A DNA stretch of 44,113 nucleotides from Dehalococcoidia bacterium. GTDB lineage: Bacteria > Chloroflexota > Dehalococcoidia > SHYM01. Made by a program: the position numbers and the translations under genes. The DNA lies in the NCBI GenBank assembly GCA_009692805.1, contig SHYM01000003.1, positions 1 through 44,113 on the forward strand, given 5' to 3'. The first letter of the stretch is position 1, and each line of letters opens with the position of its first letter. The notes under the pieces were generated by a model. The model was given only the letters and a program-made list of their open reading frames with translations, did not search any database and was not told the DNA's origin. Of this stretch, positions 18,299-28,372 are shown piece after piece.

Positions 18299-21091
18299 CT
18301 ACTCCATGTCGCCCCAGGTGCGGCCCGCCTTCAGGTCCACCTTGATGGGCACGACCAGCTCCACGGCGGAGGGCATTATCTCCAGACAGAGCCCCTTCAG
18401 ATGCTCCATCTCCTCCTCCGGCGCCTCGAAGAGCAGCTCGTCGTGGATCTGGAGCAGCATCAGGGAGCGCAGCCCCTCGCGGCGCATCCGTTGGTGGAGC
18501 CGCACCATCGCCACCTTGATGATGTCGGCCGAGGTCCCCTGGACCGGCATGTTGATGGCGATGCGCTCCGCCCCCTGGCGCTGGGCGTAGTTGCTGGCGT
18601 GGACCTCGGGGATATAGCGCCGCCGCCCCAGGAGGGTCTGGACGTAGCCCTCCTTGCGGGCCTGCTCGACGGTGCGGTCCATGTACCCCCGGACCTGGGG
18701 GTAGCGCTGGAAGTAGGCGTCGATGAACTTGCCGGCGTCCTCCCGGGAGAGCCCCTCGATGCGCTCGGAGAGGCCGAAGGGGCTGATGCCGTAGACGATG
18801 CCGAAGTTGATGGTCTTGGCCATGCGCCGGTGATCGGCATCCACCTGGTCGGGCGGCAGGCCGAAGATCTGGGACGCCGTGGCCCGATGGATATCCTGGT
18901 CTTGCCGGAAGGCCGCGATCAGCTCCTGGTCTCCCGACAGGTGGGCCAGCACCCGCAGATCGATCTGGGAGTAGTCGGCCCCCAGCAGCGTCCAGCCCTC
19001 GCGCTCGGCGCGGAAGGCCTTGCGTATCTCCCGTCCCAGCTCGGTGCGCACGGGGATGTTCTGAAGATTGGGCTCGTTGCTGGAGATGCGCCCCGTGGCG
19101 GCGCCAGCCTGGTTGAAGGTGGTGTGCAGGCGTCCCGTGCGGGGATGGACCAGGGCGGGCAGGGCGTCCAGGTAGGTGGACTTCAGCTTGGAGAGCTCCC
19201 GGAACTCCAGCACATGTTCGATGACGGGGTCGGCGCCCCGCAGCTTCTCCAGGACCTGGGCGTCGGTGCTCCAGCCCGTCTTGGTCTTCTTGCTCTGCCG
19301 CCGGTCTATATTCCGCTCTTCGAAGAGCACCTGCCCGAGCTGTTGGGGGGAGTTGATGTTGAACTGGTGCCCGACGTCGTTGTAGACCTGCACCTCCAGC
19401 TCTTGCAGCCGCCGGGCCATCCCCTGAGACATCTGTACTAGCACCTGGGTGTCCACGGCGATGCCGTTGCGCTCCATGGTTGCCAGCACCGGGATCAGCG
19501 GCATCTCCACCTGGCTGTAGAGATCCCAGAGGCCCTGCTCCTTCAGCTCCTGCTCCATGCCTGGAACCAGGCGGGCCACCATGTCCGCCTCGGCGCAGGG
19601 GCCTTCGGGCCAGAGGGGCCGAGTTAAGGCCATGCCCGCCGTGGGGAAGAGCGCCGCTCCACCCTCGCCCTCTTCCTCCGCAGCCTTCTTGTGGGCGCCC
19701 CGGCGGGAGGCCGGTTTCGGCGGCTCGGGCAGCTCGACCTTCAACCGCCCTAGCGCCAGGGCCTTGAGGGAGAGGGCCTTCTCGCCCAGGAGGTGGGCGG
19801 CGAGCATGGTGTCGAAAGCCACGCCTTGCAGCTCGATGTCCTGCTGGCTGAGCGCCACCACCGCCCGCTTGATGTCGTGCCCCCACTTAGGCACGGCGGA
19901 GTCCTCCAGCGGCGCCTTCAGGAGCGCCCGGGCTTCTTGGGGCGCGACGCTTCCCGCCGAGCCCGCCAGGGGCACATAGGTAGCCTGACCGGGCTGGTGG
20001 CAGATCGCCAGCCCCAACACCTGGGCGTACATGGGGTTCTCGCCCACGGCATCCAGCGCCAGGGCGTACAAGTCGCCCGCCTGGGACGCCGCCAGGGTGA
20101 TCTCTGGCACGGTGGGGGCGGTGATGTAGCGGACCTGTTCGGGGACTGCGTGCCCTGGGACTGCGGGATTGGCCTCGGCCGCCGTGGTGGGCCGCCCCGC
20201 CGCGGCGGCAAGGGGGAGGTCCTTCACGATGCTGTTGAACTCCAGCTCGCGGAGGAGCTCCACCACGCGGGCTCGGTCGTAGCCGCGGGCGTCGCAGGCT
20301 TCCAAGTCCAGCTCCAAGGGCACGCTGACGACGATGCGAGCCAGGTGGGCGCTCTGCTTGGCCTGGGCCTCGTGCTGGCGCAGCAGCGCCTGCCGCTTGG
20401 CCGGCTGCACCTCCTCGATGCGTTGGTAGATGCCCTCCACCGAGCCGAACTGCTGCAACAGCTCCGTCGCCGTCTTCTCGCCGACTCCGGGTACGCCCGG
20501 TATGTTATCCGAGGTGTCGCCCTTGAGCCCCTTGAAGTCCACTATCTGCGCCGGGGCGAGGCCATACCGCTCGCTCACCCTCTCCGGCGTGTAGGCGACG
20601 GTGTCGGTGGCCAGGCTGCGGCCCGGCAGCATCACCGTGACGTGGGGGGTCACCAGCTGCAACATGTCGGTGTCGCCCGTCAGTACCACCGTCTCCAGGC
20701 CGCGCTCCTCAGCCTGGCGGGCCAGGGTGCCCAGGACATCGTCGGCCTCGTAGCGGTCGAGCTCGTAGCTGGGCATGCCGAAGGCCTGCAGGAACTGGCG
20801 GACTCGGAGGAACTGGCGGCGCAGGTCGTCGGGCATCGGGGGGCGGGTGGCCTTGTATTCCTTGAACTCCAGGTGGCGGAAGGTGGGAGTCGGCAGGTCG
20901 AAGGCAGCGGCGTAGAAGCGGGGCTGGAACTGACGCAAGGCCACCAGGAGCATGCGGGCGAAGACGAGGACTGCCTCCACGGGCTCCCCGGCCTTCGTGG
21001 TCAGGGGCTTGCCCTGGCCCCGCATGGCGTGGAAGGCGCGGTGGACCAGGGCCGGAGCATCGATAAGCAGGAGAACTGGCCGGTCGGCCAT
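18299..21091 (-). CDS. polA: DNA polymerase I
   Basis: 5'-3' exonuclease (YEADDVLGT, LKGDTSDNIPGVPGVG) and polymerase motifs ADYSQIDLRVLAH, KTINFGIVYG, LQIHDEL; ATG at 21091. Confidence 0.98.
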   Translation of the reverse strand: MADRPVLLLIDAPALVHRAFHAMRGQGKPLTTKAGEPVEAVLVFARMLLVALRQFQPRFYAAAFDLPTPTFRHLEFKEYKATRPPMPDDLRRQFLRVRQFLQAFGMPSYELDRYEADDVLGTLARQAEERGLETVVLTGDTDMLQLVTPHVTVMLPGRSLATDTVAYTPERVSERYGLAPAQIVDFKGLKGDTSDNIPGVPGVGEKTATELLQQFGSVEGIYQRIEEVQPAKRQALLRQHEAQAKQSAHLARIVVSVPLELDLEACDARGYDRARVVELLRELEFNSIVKDLPLAAAAGRPTTAAEANPAVPGHAVPEQVRYITAPTVPEITLAASQAGDLYALALDAVGENPMYAQVLGLAICHQPGQATYVPLAGSAGSVAPQEARALLKAPLEDSAVPKWGHDIKRAVVALSQQDIELQGVAFDTMLAAHLLGEKALSLKALALGRLKVELPEPPKPASRRGAHKKAAEEEGEGGAALFPTAGMALTRPLWPEGPCAEADMVARLVPGMEQELKEQGLWDLYSQVEMPLIPVLATMERNGIAVDTQVLVQMSQGMARRLQELEVQVYNDVGHQFNINSPQQLGQVLFEERNIDRRQSKKTKTGWSTDAQVLEKLRGADPVIEHVLEFRELSKLKSTYLDALPALVHPRTGRLHTTFNQAGAATGRISSNEPNLQNIPVRTELGREIRKAFRAEREGWTLLGADYSQIDLRVLAHLSGDQELIAAFRQDQDIHRATASQIFGLPPDQVDADHRRMAKTINFGIVYGISPFGLSERIEGLSREDAGKFIDAYFQRYPQVRGYMDRTVEQARKEGYVQTLLGRRRYIPEVHASNYAQRQGAERIAINMPVQGTSADIIKVAMVRLHQRMRREGLRSLMLLQIHDELLFEAPEEEMEHLKGLCLEIMPSAVELVVPIKVDLKAGRTWGDME

Positions 21092-21133
21092 GGCCGCTGC
21101 TTTCCGTGAGGCCAAGTGACGGCTGGATTCTGG

Positions 21134-21176
21134 ATTATAGCATCGGCCATGGGGGATCCCTCGGCGTGCGTATAAT
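21134..21176. promoter_or_regulatory. Divergent -10 boxes: TGcTATAAT (minus, polA) and TATAAT (plus, dioxygenase/arsM unit)
   Basis: attata at 21134-21139 and tataat at 21171-21176 in the divergent intergenic region. Confidence 0.6.
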
Positions 21177-21189
21177 GGCGGCAAGCTAT

Positions 21190-21234
21190 GGTCGCGGCTC
21201 GACCGGCGAGGTGCTCCTCTTCGACCTCGCGTAG
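21190..21234 (+). pseudogene. 3' remnant of a pirin-family gene
   Basis: Reads GRGSTGEVLLFDLA-TAG; EVLLFDL is the typical C-terminus of YhhW-type pirins. Confidence 0.65.
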
Positions 21235-21323
21235 AAGAGAGCAGGAACCGACGAGAGGTACTTCGTGCGCTCGGGGCGTTGCCAATCACGGCAGCCTCCT
21301 GCTCGCGGCGGGAGCAAGATACC

Positions 21324-22130
21324 ATGACGACGCAGATAGAGGACAAGCGAAACCAATCGAGCGGACGGATGCCCGCCATCTTCGCGGCGCACGGCGCGCC
21401 GATCCTGCTCGACGACGCTGGGTGGATGGGTGAGCTCGCTTCCTGGGCGAATGCCATGCCGAAGCCGAAGAGCATCCTCATGGTCTCGGCTCACTGGGAA
21501 GAGCGGCCGACGACGCTGGGCGCCACCCGGACGGTCCCTCTCGTCTACGACTTCGGCGGCTTCCCCGAGAAGTATTACCAGACCAAGTACCCAGCGCCGG
21601 GCGCGCCCGAGCTCGCGGGTCGTGTACGCGACCTCTTACGCCAGAAAAACATCGCGGTCACCGACGATCCGGAGCGCGGCCTCGATCATGGGGCCTACGT
21701 GCCGCTCGTAGCCATGTATCCCGGCGCCGACGTGCCGGTGCTCCAGGTCTCGATGCCCGGCCTCGACGCGCAGGAGCTCTTCAACCTTGGCCATGCCCTG
21801 GCGCCCCTGCGCGACGAGGGAGTGCTCGTGTTCGGGAGCGGCTTCCTCACACACAACATGAGCTACGCCTTCCGCCCTGGCGTCCCGTCGTGGGCGCGGG
21901 AGTTCGACGGCTGGGTGGCCGACGCGTTGTCGCGCTTCGATGTCGACGCCCTCGTCGACTTTCAGACTCGCGCACCGGCGGCCCGGATGGCCCTCCCGAC
22001 TTGGGAGCACTACGCGCCGGTCCTCCTGGCCACCGGGGCGGTGGCAGACGGGCGGCCTCGGACAACCTTCCCCATCACAGGTTGGTGGATGGAGGGGGCG
22101 TTCACGCGGCGCTCGGTGCAGTTCGGCTGA
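21324..22130 (+). CDS. DODA-type (LigB/YgiD family) extradiol dioxygenase
   Basis: AHGAP, VSAHWE, YDFGGFP, RGLDHGAYVPL..MYP.ADVPVLQVS, GSGFLTHN, PTWEHYAP. Confidence 0.93.
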   Translation: MTTQIEDKRNQSSGRMPAIFAAHGAPILLDDAGWMGELASWANAMPKPKSILMVSAHWEERPTTLGATRTVPLVYDFGGFPEKYYQTKYPAPGAPELAGRVRDLLRQKNIAVTDDPERGLDHGAYVPLVAMYPGADVPVLQVSMPGLDAQELFNLGHALAPLRDEGVLVFGSGFLTHNMSYAFRPGVPSWAREFDGWVADALSRFDVDALVDFQTRAPAARMALPTWEHYAPVLLATGAVADGRPRTTFPITGWWMEGAFTRRSVQFG

Positions 22131-22182
22131 GCGCCTTGTATCTGACGAGGGCAGAGGGCGCGCTGGATAGCGGGAGGCAGTC

Positions 22183-22923
<741 letters not shown>

Positions 22924-22974
22924 CGCCGCGGCGCTAGTCGGAACAACATCGGCGGCCCCGCGCAGGAGGATAGC

Positions 22975-23397
22975 ATGGCCACTGTCCAGGACGTCATCAC
23001 GGTCGCCGCGCCGGTCGAGCGCGTCTGGGAGGCGCTGGTGGACTTCGAGGCGCGCCCCCGTTGGTCGCCCCGCGTCAAGGAGGCCCGCATCCTCGATGGC
23101 GGGCCGCTTAAGGTGGGGAGCCGCATCCGCCTCCACGTGGACCGCGACCGCTTCACGCCCGTCGTGGTGGAGCTACGGCCGCGGGAGCGGCTGGCGCTGC
23201 TAGTCAAGGGGCCCGGCTTCCATGCCCGCCACGCTTACGAGCTGCGGGCCGCCGGCGAGGCCACCACGGTGACTATGAGCGCCCAGCTCGGTGGCCTCCT
23301 GGGCACCCTGGCCCAGCAGTTCATGCGCGGTTCGGTGCGGCGCGACCTGGCCGACGAGCTGGCGGCTATCAAGCGCGCCGCTGAGTCGGTCCGCTAG
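22975..23397 (+). CDS. SRPBCC (polyketide cyclase/dehydrase-like) family protein
   Basis: ITVAAPVERVWEALVD..RPRW; C-terminal helix LAAIKRAAE; AGGAGG RBS. Confidence 0.9.
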   Translation: MATVQDVITVAAPVERVWEALVDFEARPRWSPRVKEARILDGGPLKVGSRIRLHVDRDRFTPVVVELRPRERLALLVKGPGFHARHAYELRAAGEATTVTMSAQLGGLLGTLAQQFMRGSVRRDLADELAAIKRAAESVR

Positions 23398-23440
23398 ATC
23401 CGGCTGTCCTTCTGACCCGCCCTAGGCCAGCGTGGCCGCG

Positions 23441-23773
23441 CTACCTTCCCGGGGGCCGGTAGACGGCGGCAGCGGCGCCTGCCTTTTTTAGCGCCGCCAC
23501 CGCTTCCTTGGCGGTCAACAGGACAGTCGTCTTGGTGGACTTGGTGGCGCCCGAACCGACGACGGCAACCATGGCTGCCGCCACTGAGACGTTGTCGGGA
23601 GCCTCCGCGATCAGGACGCCGTCGTATTCCCCGAAGGAGTACCACAACCCCACCAGCTTGCCCCCCAACCTCTCGAGCAGGGCGCCGATGGCGGCAGTGC
23701 GGTCCTCAGGCTTCTTCGCCAGGCCCGCCCAGGTCTCCGCGCTGTAGGTGAACTGGGTCATGTAGTAGGGCAT
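23441..23773 (-). CDS. GYD domain protein
   Basis: MPYYMTQFTYS, PEDR, GGKL..WYSFGEYD; ATG at 23773 with GGAGG RBS. Confidence 0.9.
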   Translation of the reverse strand: MPYYMTQFTYSAETWAGLAKKPEDRTAAIGALLERLGGKLVGLWYSFGEYDGVLIAEAPDNVSVAAAMVAVVGSGATKSTKTTVLLTAKEAVAALKKAGAAAAVYRPPGR

Positions 23774-23864
23774 CGCTAGCCTCCGTTCCATCTGGCGCCA
23801 TCTAACCGTCAGCAAAGCTTGGCCGCCAAGCTTCTCAAGGAGGTCGATGAAAACCCTCTCGACC

Positions 23865-23899
23865 ACCCCTCTGGACTTCCTTTTTCAGCAGCCTGCTAG
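23865..23899 (-). mobile_element. Orphan IS-like end (CTAGCAGGCTGCTGAAAAA) fused to a half REP stem
   Basis: Minus strand CTAGCAGGCTGCTGAAAAAGGAAGTCCAGAGGGG; no transposase or partner TIR nearby. Confidence 0.55.
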
Positions 23900-23937
23900 G
23901 GTAGCCGCGCCCTGACGCTGGGAGCAGCGCCGGGGCG

Positions 23938-24468
23938 TTAGCTCCGGGCGCTCTCGCGCGGAGCGCTCTCCCGTGCGTTCTCTCGGGAGCGCTGACCCTT
24001 TTCGAGAAGCTCGATGCCCCCCTTGATCTCTTCCAGGGCATTGCCCAGCCGCCCATCGATACCCTGGAGGATCTGCATGGCGTAGGCGTCCGCATCCTGG
24101 CGGCGGGCCTGGGCCTGCTTCTCAGCGGCGGCGATGATGTTGTTGGCCTTGCGCTCGGCCTCGGCGACCATCTGGCCACCGTGGGCCTCGGCGTCTTTGG
24201 CTATGCTGCTCTCGCGGACCTTGATCCGGGCCTCCTCCTCCGCCGCCGAGAGGATGCCCTTGGCCTGCATGAGGCCCTGGTTGATGACGGAGTCGCGCTT
24301 CTGCAGGACCTGGGCCGCCTCCTTGATGTCCTGGGGGACAGCCACCCGCATCTGGTCGATGAGGTCCAGAATGTCCTCGGTGTTGATCATGCGCTTCTGC
24401 GCCAGGGGCACCTTGGTGCTGGCCCCTATCAGGGCCTCCGCGCGATCGATGAGCTCCAGGATTTCCAT
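23938..24468 (-). CDS. DivIVA/SepIVA-like coiled-coil protein (conserved downstream of coaD)
   Basis: LIDRAEALI..S.KVPL, LDLIDQMRVAVPQDIKEA, AE..A..I repeats, ADAYA; position after coaD. Confidence 0.8.
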   Translation of the reverse strand: MEILELIDRAEALIGASTKVPLAQKRMINTEDILDLIDQMRVAVPQDIKEAAQVLQKRDSVINQGLMQAKGILSAAEEEARIKVRESSIAKDAEAHGGQMVAEAERKANNIIAAAEKQAQARRQDADAYAMQILQGIDGRLGNALEEIKGGIELLEKGQRSRENARESAPRESARS

Positions 24469-24539
24469 GGGTGGACTCCCTTCACCGGTCCGGCGAGCAC
24501 CGCCGCCCCGGACTTAGTTGACACCCCACCCGATGGTTG

Positions 24540-25019
24540 TTACCGGCCCAACTTCTGCCGCAGCGCTTGGGCTACATGCTGCGGCACTAGATGGTCAATA
24601 GTACCGCCCAGGTTCGCCACTTCCTTCAGCAGCCTGGCGCTGAGGAACTGGAAGGCTAGGTCTGATACCAGGAAGACCTGCTCCACCTCGGGCGCCATGT
24701 GCTTGTTCATCATGTTCATCTCGAACTCGCTCTCGAAATCGGTGGCGCTGCGCAGCCCTCTTACGATGACCTTGGCCCCCATTTTCTTGGCGAAGTCCAC
24801 GGTCAGGCCGTTGTAGGGGGCCACCTTCACGTTCTTTAGCTTGGCCACCGCCAGGGAGAAGAGCTCCACCCGCTCCTTAGTGCTGAACATGAGGCTCTTC
24901 TGGGGGATATCGTAGACCCCCACCACCAGCTCATCGAAGAGGCCCGCCGCGCGGGTGGCGATGTCCAGATGCCCGTTGGTCACCGGATCGAAGCTGCCGG
25001 GATAGGTGGCTCTGATCAC
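24540..25019 (-). CDS. coaD: Pantetheine-phosphate adenylyltransferase
   Basis: YPGSFDPVTNGHLDI, IVRGLRSATDFESE. Confidence 0.98.
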   Translation of the reverse strand: MIRATYPGSFDPVTNGHLDIATRAAGLFDELVVGVYDIPQKSLMFSTKERVELFSLAVAKLKNVKVAPYNGLTVDFAKKMGAKVIVRGLRSATDFESEFEMNMMNKHMAPEVEQVFLVSDLAFQFLSARLLKEVANLGGTIDHLVPQHVAQALRQKLGR

Positions 25020-25576
25020 TCCTCTGCTCCCTGCCAGCGATAGATAGCGATGACGGAGTCGCCGTGGCGCCGCTCCCTCACGCGTCCGAAAGAACCCTGC
25101 TGCTCCAGCAAGGACGTGCGTCGGAAGTGGCGCACCATGATGGTGCTGCCCGCCCCGACCAGGCCCGAGCCGGTGAGGCTCTGGAGCACCTCCGGCAGGT
25201 CCGGGGCGGAAAAGGGCGGGTCCACGAATACCAGAGAGAAGGGCCCCTCCGTTAGGTTACCCAGCGCCCGTCGCACCGGCATCCGCCACACCCTGCCCCG
25301 CTCGCCGTAGCCCGTGCGCCCTAGGTTCTCCCGGATCGCCGCGCAGCCTAGAGCGGTCTGTTCTATGAACAACACCTCCTTGGCTCCCCGGCTCAGGGCC
25401 TCGATCCCCAGGGACCCCACGCCTGCGTACAGGTCGAACACGCTGGTGAAGTCGGCGCCCAGCGCCTCCAGCATCGAGAAGATCGCCCCCCGCACCAGGC
25501 CGGTAGCCGGCCGCGCCAGGGTGCCTTTGGGTCCCCTCAACCTCCTGCCCTTGGCCTCTCCGGCGATGACTTGCAT
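25016..25576 (-). CDS. rsmD: 16S rRNA m2G966 methyltransferase
   Basis: MQVIAGEAKGRRL, DLYAGVGSLGIEALSRGA, DPPF; coupled to coaD. Confidence 0.93.
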   Translation of the reverse strand: MQVIAGEAKGRRLRGPKGTLARPATGLVRGAIFSMLEALGADFTSVFDLYAGVGSLGIEALSRGAKEVLFIEQTALGCAAIRENLGRTGYGERGRVWRMPVRRALGNLTEGPFSLVFVDPPFSAPDLPEVLQSLTGSGLVGAGSTIMVRHFRRTSLLEQQGSFGRVRERRHGDSVIAIYRWQGAEE

Positions 25577-25614
25577 TGGGTTGCCTCTACCACTGGCCCG
25601 CCGGAACAAGGCCC

Positions 25615-25642
25615 ATTATACACACACCTCTGGTTTCGTCAA
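25615..25642 (-). promoter_or_regulatory. Promoter TTGACG-16-TATAAT for rsmD-coaD
   Basis: cgtcaa at 25637-25642, attata at 25615-25620. Confidence 0.7.
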
Positions 25643-25686
25643 GGTCTAAAACCCAGTTGTGATAATTCGCCTCTACAGGGGCCTGC

Positions 25687-26487
25687 TCAGCGCTTCTTCT
25701 TCAGCAGAGAGGTCAAGGAGGAGCTGCCCGCGCTGGGCGGTCGCAGACGGGTCATGGCGTTCATATGGCTGTGGAAGCGGAAGGCGGCGTCCAGGTTCGT
25801 CATGATTTCGATGGCGGTGTTGAGGGCCTCTTTGTTCAGCCGCAGGCCATCGGCGGGGACCTGCGCCATCTGCTCCGCCAGCTCCAGCACGGCCTCCTCC
25901 AGCTTCTCCCCCGGGACGGCCCGGTTGATGAGCCCGATGCGCTCCGCCTCTTTGGCGTCTATCAGCTTGGCGGTGAAGAGCATCTCCTTGGCCCGCTTGG
26001 GCCCCAGCAAGTAGACCCATAGCGGCATGCTGGATACTCCGCCGACTTTCTGGGCCGGATGGCCGAAGACGGCGTCCTCAGAGGCTATGGCGATGTCGCA
26101 CAGCATCGTTAGGTAGCAGCCTCCCGCCAGGCAGTAGCCCCGGACCATGGCGACGGTGGGCTTGGTGGCGTTCCAGATCTGCTGGTACATCTCGCGGACG
26201 CGGCGAGTGGTGGTGAGGGCGGCGTCCAGGGTCCAGTGGTCGGCGCCCTCGCGCAAGCTGGTGTAGTAGCTGCCTCCCACGATGTCGTAGCCGGAGGAGA
26301 AGGCCTTGTCTGCGCCGGTGATGATGATGACCCGGATCGCGGGGTCGGCGTCGGCCTGGGCGACGGCGGCGAAGAGGTCGTCCAAGAGCTGGTGGTTCAA
26401 GGCGTTGCGCTTCTCGGGGCGGTTCAGGGTGATCTTGGCGAACTGGCCCCGTAATACCTCGTAGAGGGCCGTCTTGAACGCCATCAT
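25687..26487 (-). CDS. Enoyl-CoA hydratase/isomerase family protein
   Basis: ITLNRPEKRNAL, AFSSGYD, KPTVAMVRGYCLAGG, EAERIGLINR. Confidence 0.95.
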   Translation of the reverse strand: MMAFKTALYEVLRGQFAKITLNRPEKRNALNHQLLDDLFAAVAQADADPAIRVIIITGADKAFSSGYDIVGGSYYTSLREGADHWTLDAALTTTRRVREMYQQIWNATKPTVAMVRGYCLAGGCYLTMLCDIAIASEDAVFGHPAQKVGGVSSMPLWVYLLGPKRAKEMLFTAKLIDAKEAERIGLINRAVPGEKLEEAVLELAEQMAQVPADGLRLNKEALNTAIEIMTNLDAAFRFHSHMNAMTRLRPPSAGSSSLTSLLKKKR

Positions 26488-26666
26488 CCGCCTCCTAGCG
26501 CTGTGAAGCCACCATAAACGTGGGCCACTGACCTGGCAACGAGGGCCTGCCCCTGGGGCTAGCGAGTGGTTATTGTCCGGTTGCGCCGGGGGCGGGCAGT
26601 TGCGCCAGATCGAGCGTGATAAAATGGGCGCAACGCAAGGGTGTCAACGCCCTGGGAGGATTGGGT

Positions 26667-27854
26667 ATGGACTTCAGATTTTCGCCGCACGAGCAAGCCT
26701 TCAAGCAGGACGTACAGGAGTTCATCAAGAAGGAGTGGCCCAAGGAGCCGGTGGCTGACACCGACGATATGGAAGAGGAGTCGAAGCAGTCGCACCTGCG
26801 GGGCCGCGCCTTTGCCAAGAAGCTGGCCAAGAAGGGCTGGCTGGCCATGGCCTGGCCCAAGCAGTACGGCGGGGGCGGGGCCTCCCACATCGAACAGCTC
26901 ATCTACCATGAGGAGATGAGCTACCGCGGGGCTCACATCGATACCCCCATCTCCATGGGTCTGAGCTGGGTGGGGCCCTCCCTGCTGCTCTACGGGACTG
27001 AGGAGCAGAAGAAGACCTTCATCCCCAAGATCCTGAACGCCGAGGAGGGGTTCTGCACCTTCTACAGCGAGCCCGGCGCCGGCTCCGATCTGGCCGCGAT
27101 GCAGACCCGTGCCGTGGCTGACGGCGATGATTTCGTGGTCAATGGCCAGAAGATCTGGACTACCGGCGCCCATCACGCCGAATGGGGCTGGCTGGCTGCC
27201 CGCACCGACACCACCGTGCCCAAGCACAAGGGCATCAGCATGTTCCTGGTGGACATGAAGACGCCGGGGCTCACGGTGAAGCCGCTGGTCAACATGGCCC
27301 ACGTACATTCTTTCAACGAGGACTTTTTCGACAACGTGCGCATCCCCAAGCAGAACGTGGTGGGCGAGCTGAACCGGGGTTGGTACCTGCTGGCGGTAGC
27401 CTTGGACTTCGAGCGCTCAGGCGTGGGCACCTTCGCCGGCCACACCCGCAACTTGGAGCAGCTCCTCGACTTCGCCCGCAACACCAAGAGCAACGGAGGG
27501 CGGCTCTCCGATAACCCCACTCTGCGCGCCAAGCTGGCGGAGCTGAAGGTGGAGATCGAGGCCGGCCGCTTCCTGGCCTACCGCATCGCCTGGATGCAGA
27601 GCAAGGGGCTGGTGCCCAACAAGGAAGCCTCCATCTCCAAGCTGTTCGGCTCCGAGCTAGGCCAGCGGCTGTACAAGGCCGGGATGGAGATGCTGGGGTT
27701 GTACGGGCAGTTGGACAAGGGCAGCAAGTGGGCTCCCCTGAAGGGGGCCATTGAGCGCGGATACCTATCGTCGGTCTCGGCTACGATCGCCGCGGGCACC
27801 TCAGAGATCCAGCGCAACATCATCGCCCAGCGGGGGCTGGGCCTGCCACGCTAA
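26667..27854 (+). CDS. Acyl-CoA dehydrogenase family protein
   Basis: YSEPGAGSDLA, NGQKIWTT, FFDNVRIP, TIAAGTSEIQRNII; ATG at 26667 with GGAGG RBS; TGaTAAAAT upstream. Confidence 0.96.
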   Translation: MDFRFSPHEQAFKQDVQEFIKKEWPKEPVADTDDMEEESKQSHLRGRAFAKKLAKKGWLAMAWPKQYGGGGASHIEQLIYHEEMSYRGAHIDTPISMGLSWVGPSLLLYGTEEQKKTFIPKILNAEEGFCTFYSEPGAGSDLAAMQTRAVADGDDFVVNGQKIWTTGAHHAEWGWLAARTDTTVPKHKGISMFLVDMKTPGLTVKPLVNMAHVHSFNEDFFDNVRIPKQNVVGELNRGWYLLAVALDFERSGVGTFAGHTRNLEQLLDFARNTKSNGGRLSDNPTLRAKLAELKVEIEAGRFLAYRIAWMQSKGLVPNKEASISKLFGSELGQRLYKAGMEMLGLYGQLDKGSKWAPLKGAIERGYLSSVSATIAAGTSEIQRNIIAQRGLGLPR

Positions 27855-28022
27855 GCGTCGCTGAAACTGCTGGCTCGGTAGCAGAATTGGAAGGGGGCAT
27901 CCCGCGGGGAGGCCCCCCTCTGTTTCCCCAGGACAGCGCGCCTGCTGGGGACTGCCAGGCGCGTTCGTAGCTGGCTGAGCTCTCTACAGCAAGGACTCTA
28001 GCTCTGCTGGGCGTGGCGCTCC

Positions 28023-28340
28023 TCAGACGTGAGAGTAGCTGGTCGGCAGGCCCCAGGCGTCGATGAACACCCGGGTCTTCGTCGGCTGCTCCAGCAAGCG
28101 TTCGATGCCCTTGACGATCTCCTGGCGTTGGGCGTTCGCGGCCCACTTGCGCCACTCGTCCAGGCTGTGCCATTCGCTGATGACGATTTGGGTGCGGGGC
28201 TGGTCCACATCTAGAAGCGTCTCGCCGGAGATGTAGCCGGGCTGGCGCAGCGCCCGCGAGCGGAGCTCCTTAAGGAGCTCCGCGAGCTCTTTCTCTTTAC
28301 CGGCCTTTACCGTCCGCTCCATAATGACCTTCACGCTCAT
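28023..28340 (-). CDS. Antibiotic biosynthesis monooxygenase (ABM) family protein
   Basis: QPGYISGETL, VISEWHSLDEW; GGAGG RBS. Confidence 0.9.
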   Translation of the reverse strand: MSVKVIMERTVKAGKEKELAELLKELRSRALRQPGYISGETLLDVDQPRTQIVISEWHSLDEWRKWAANAQRQEIVKGIERLLEQPTKTRVFIDAWGLPTSYSHV

Positions 28341-28372
28341 GGCGCCCTCCTCGGCGGGGCCAGGCCCCGCTA

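Noticed and set aside
17832-19886. 684-aa ORF suggesting an overlap or fusion with polA
   Set aside because: Only the last 139 codons are EamA-like; the rest is an off-frame read of polA.
23774-23866. N-terminal extension of the GYD protein
   Set aside because: Extension runs through repeat-derived DNA; ATG 23773 has a good RBS and the family-typical start.
27860-28020. Imperfect hairpins between convergent acyl-CoA dehydrogenase and ABM genes as ncRNA
   Set aside because: Weak, irregular stems; most simply terminator-like or decayed repeat sequence.
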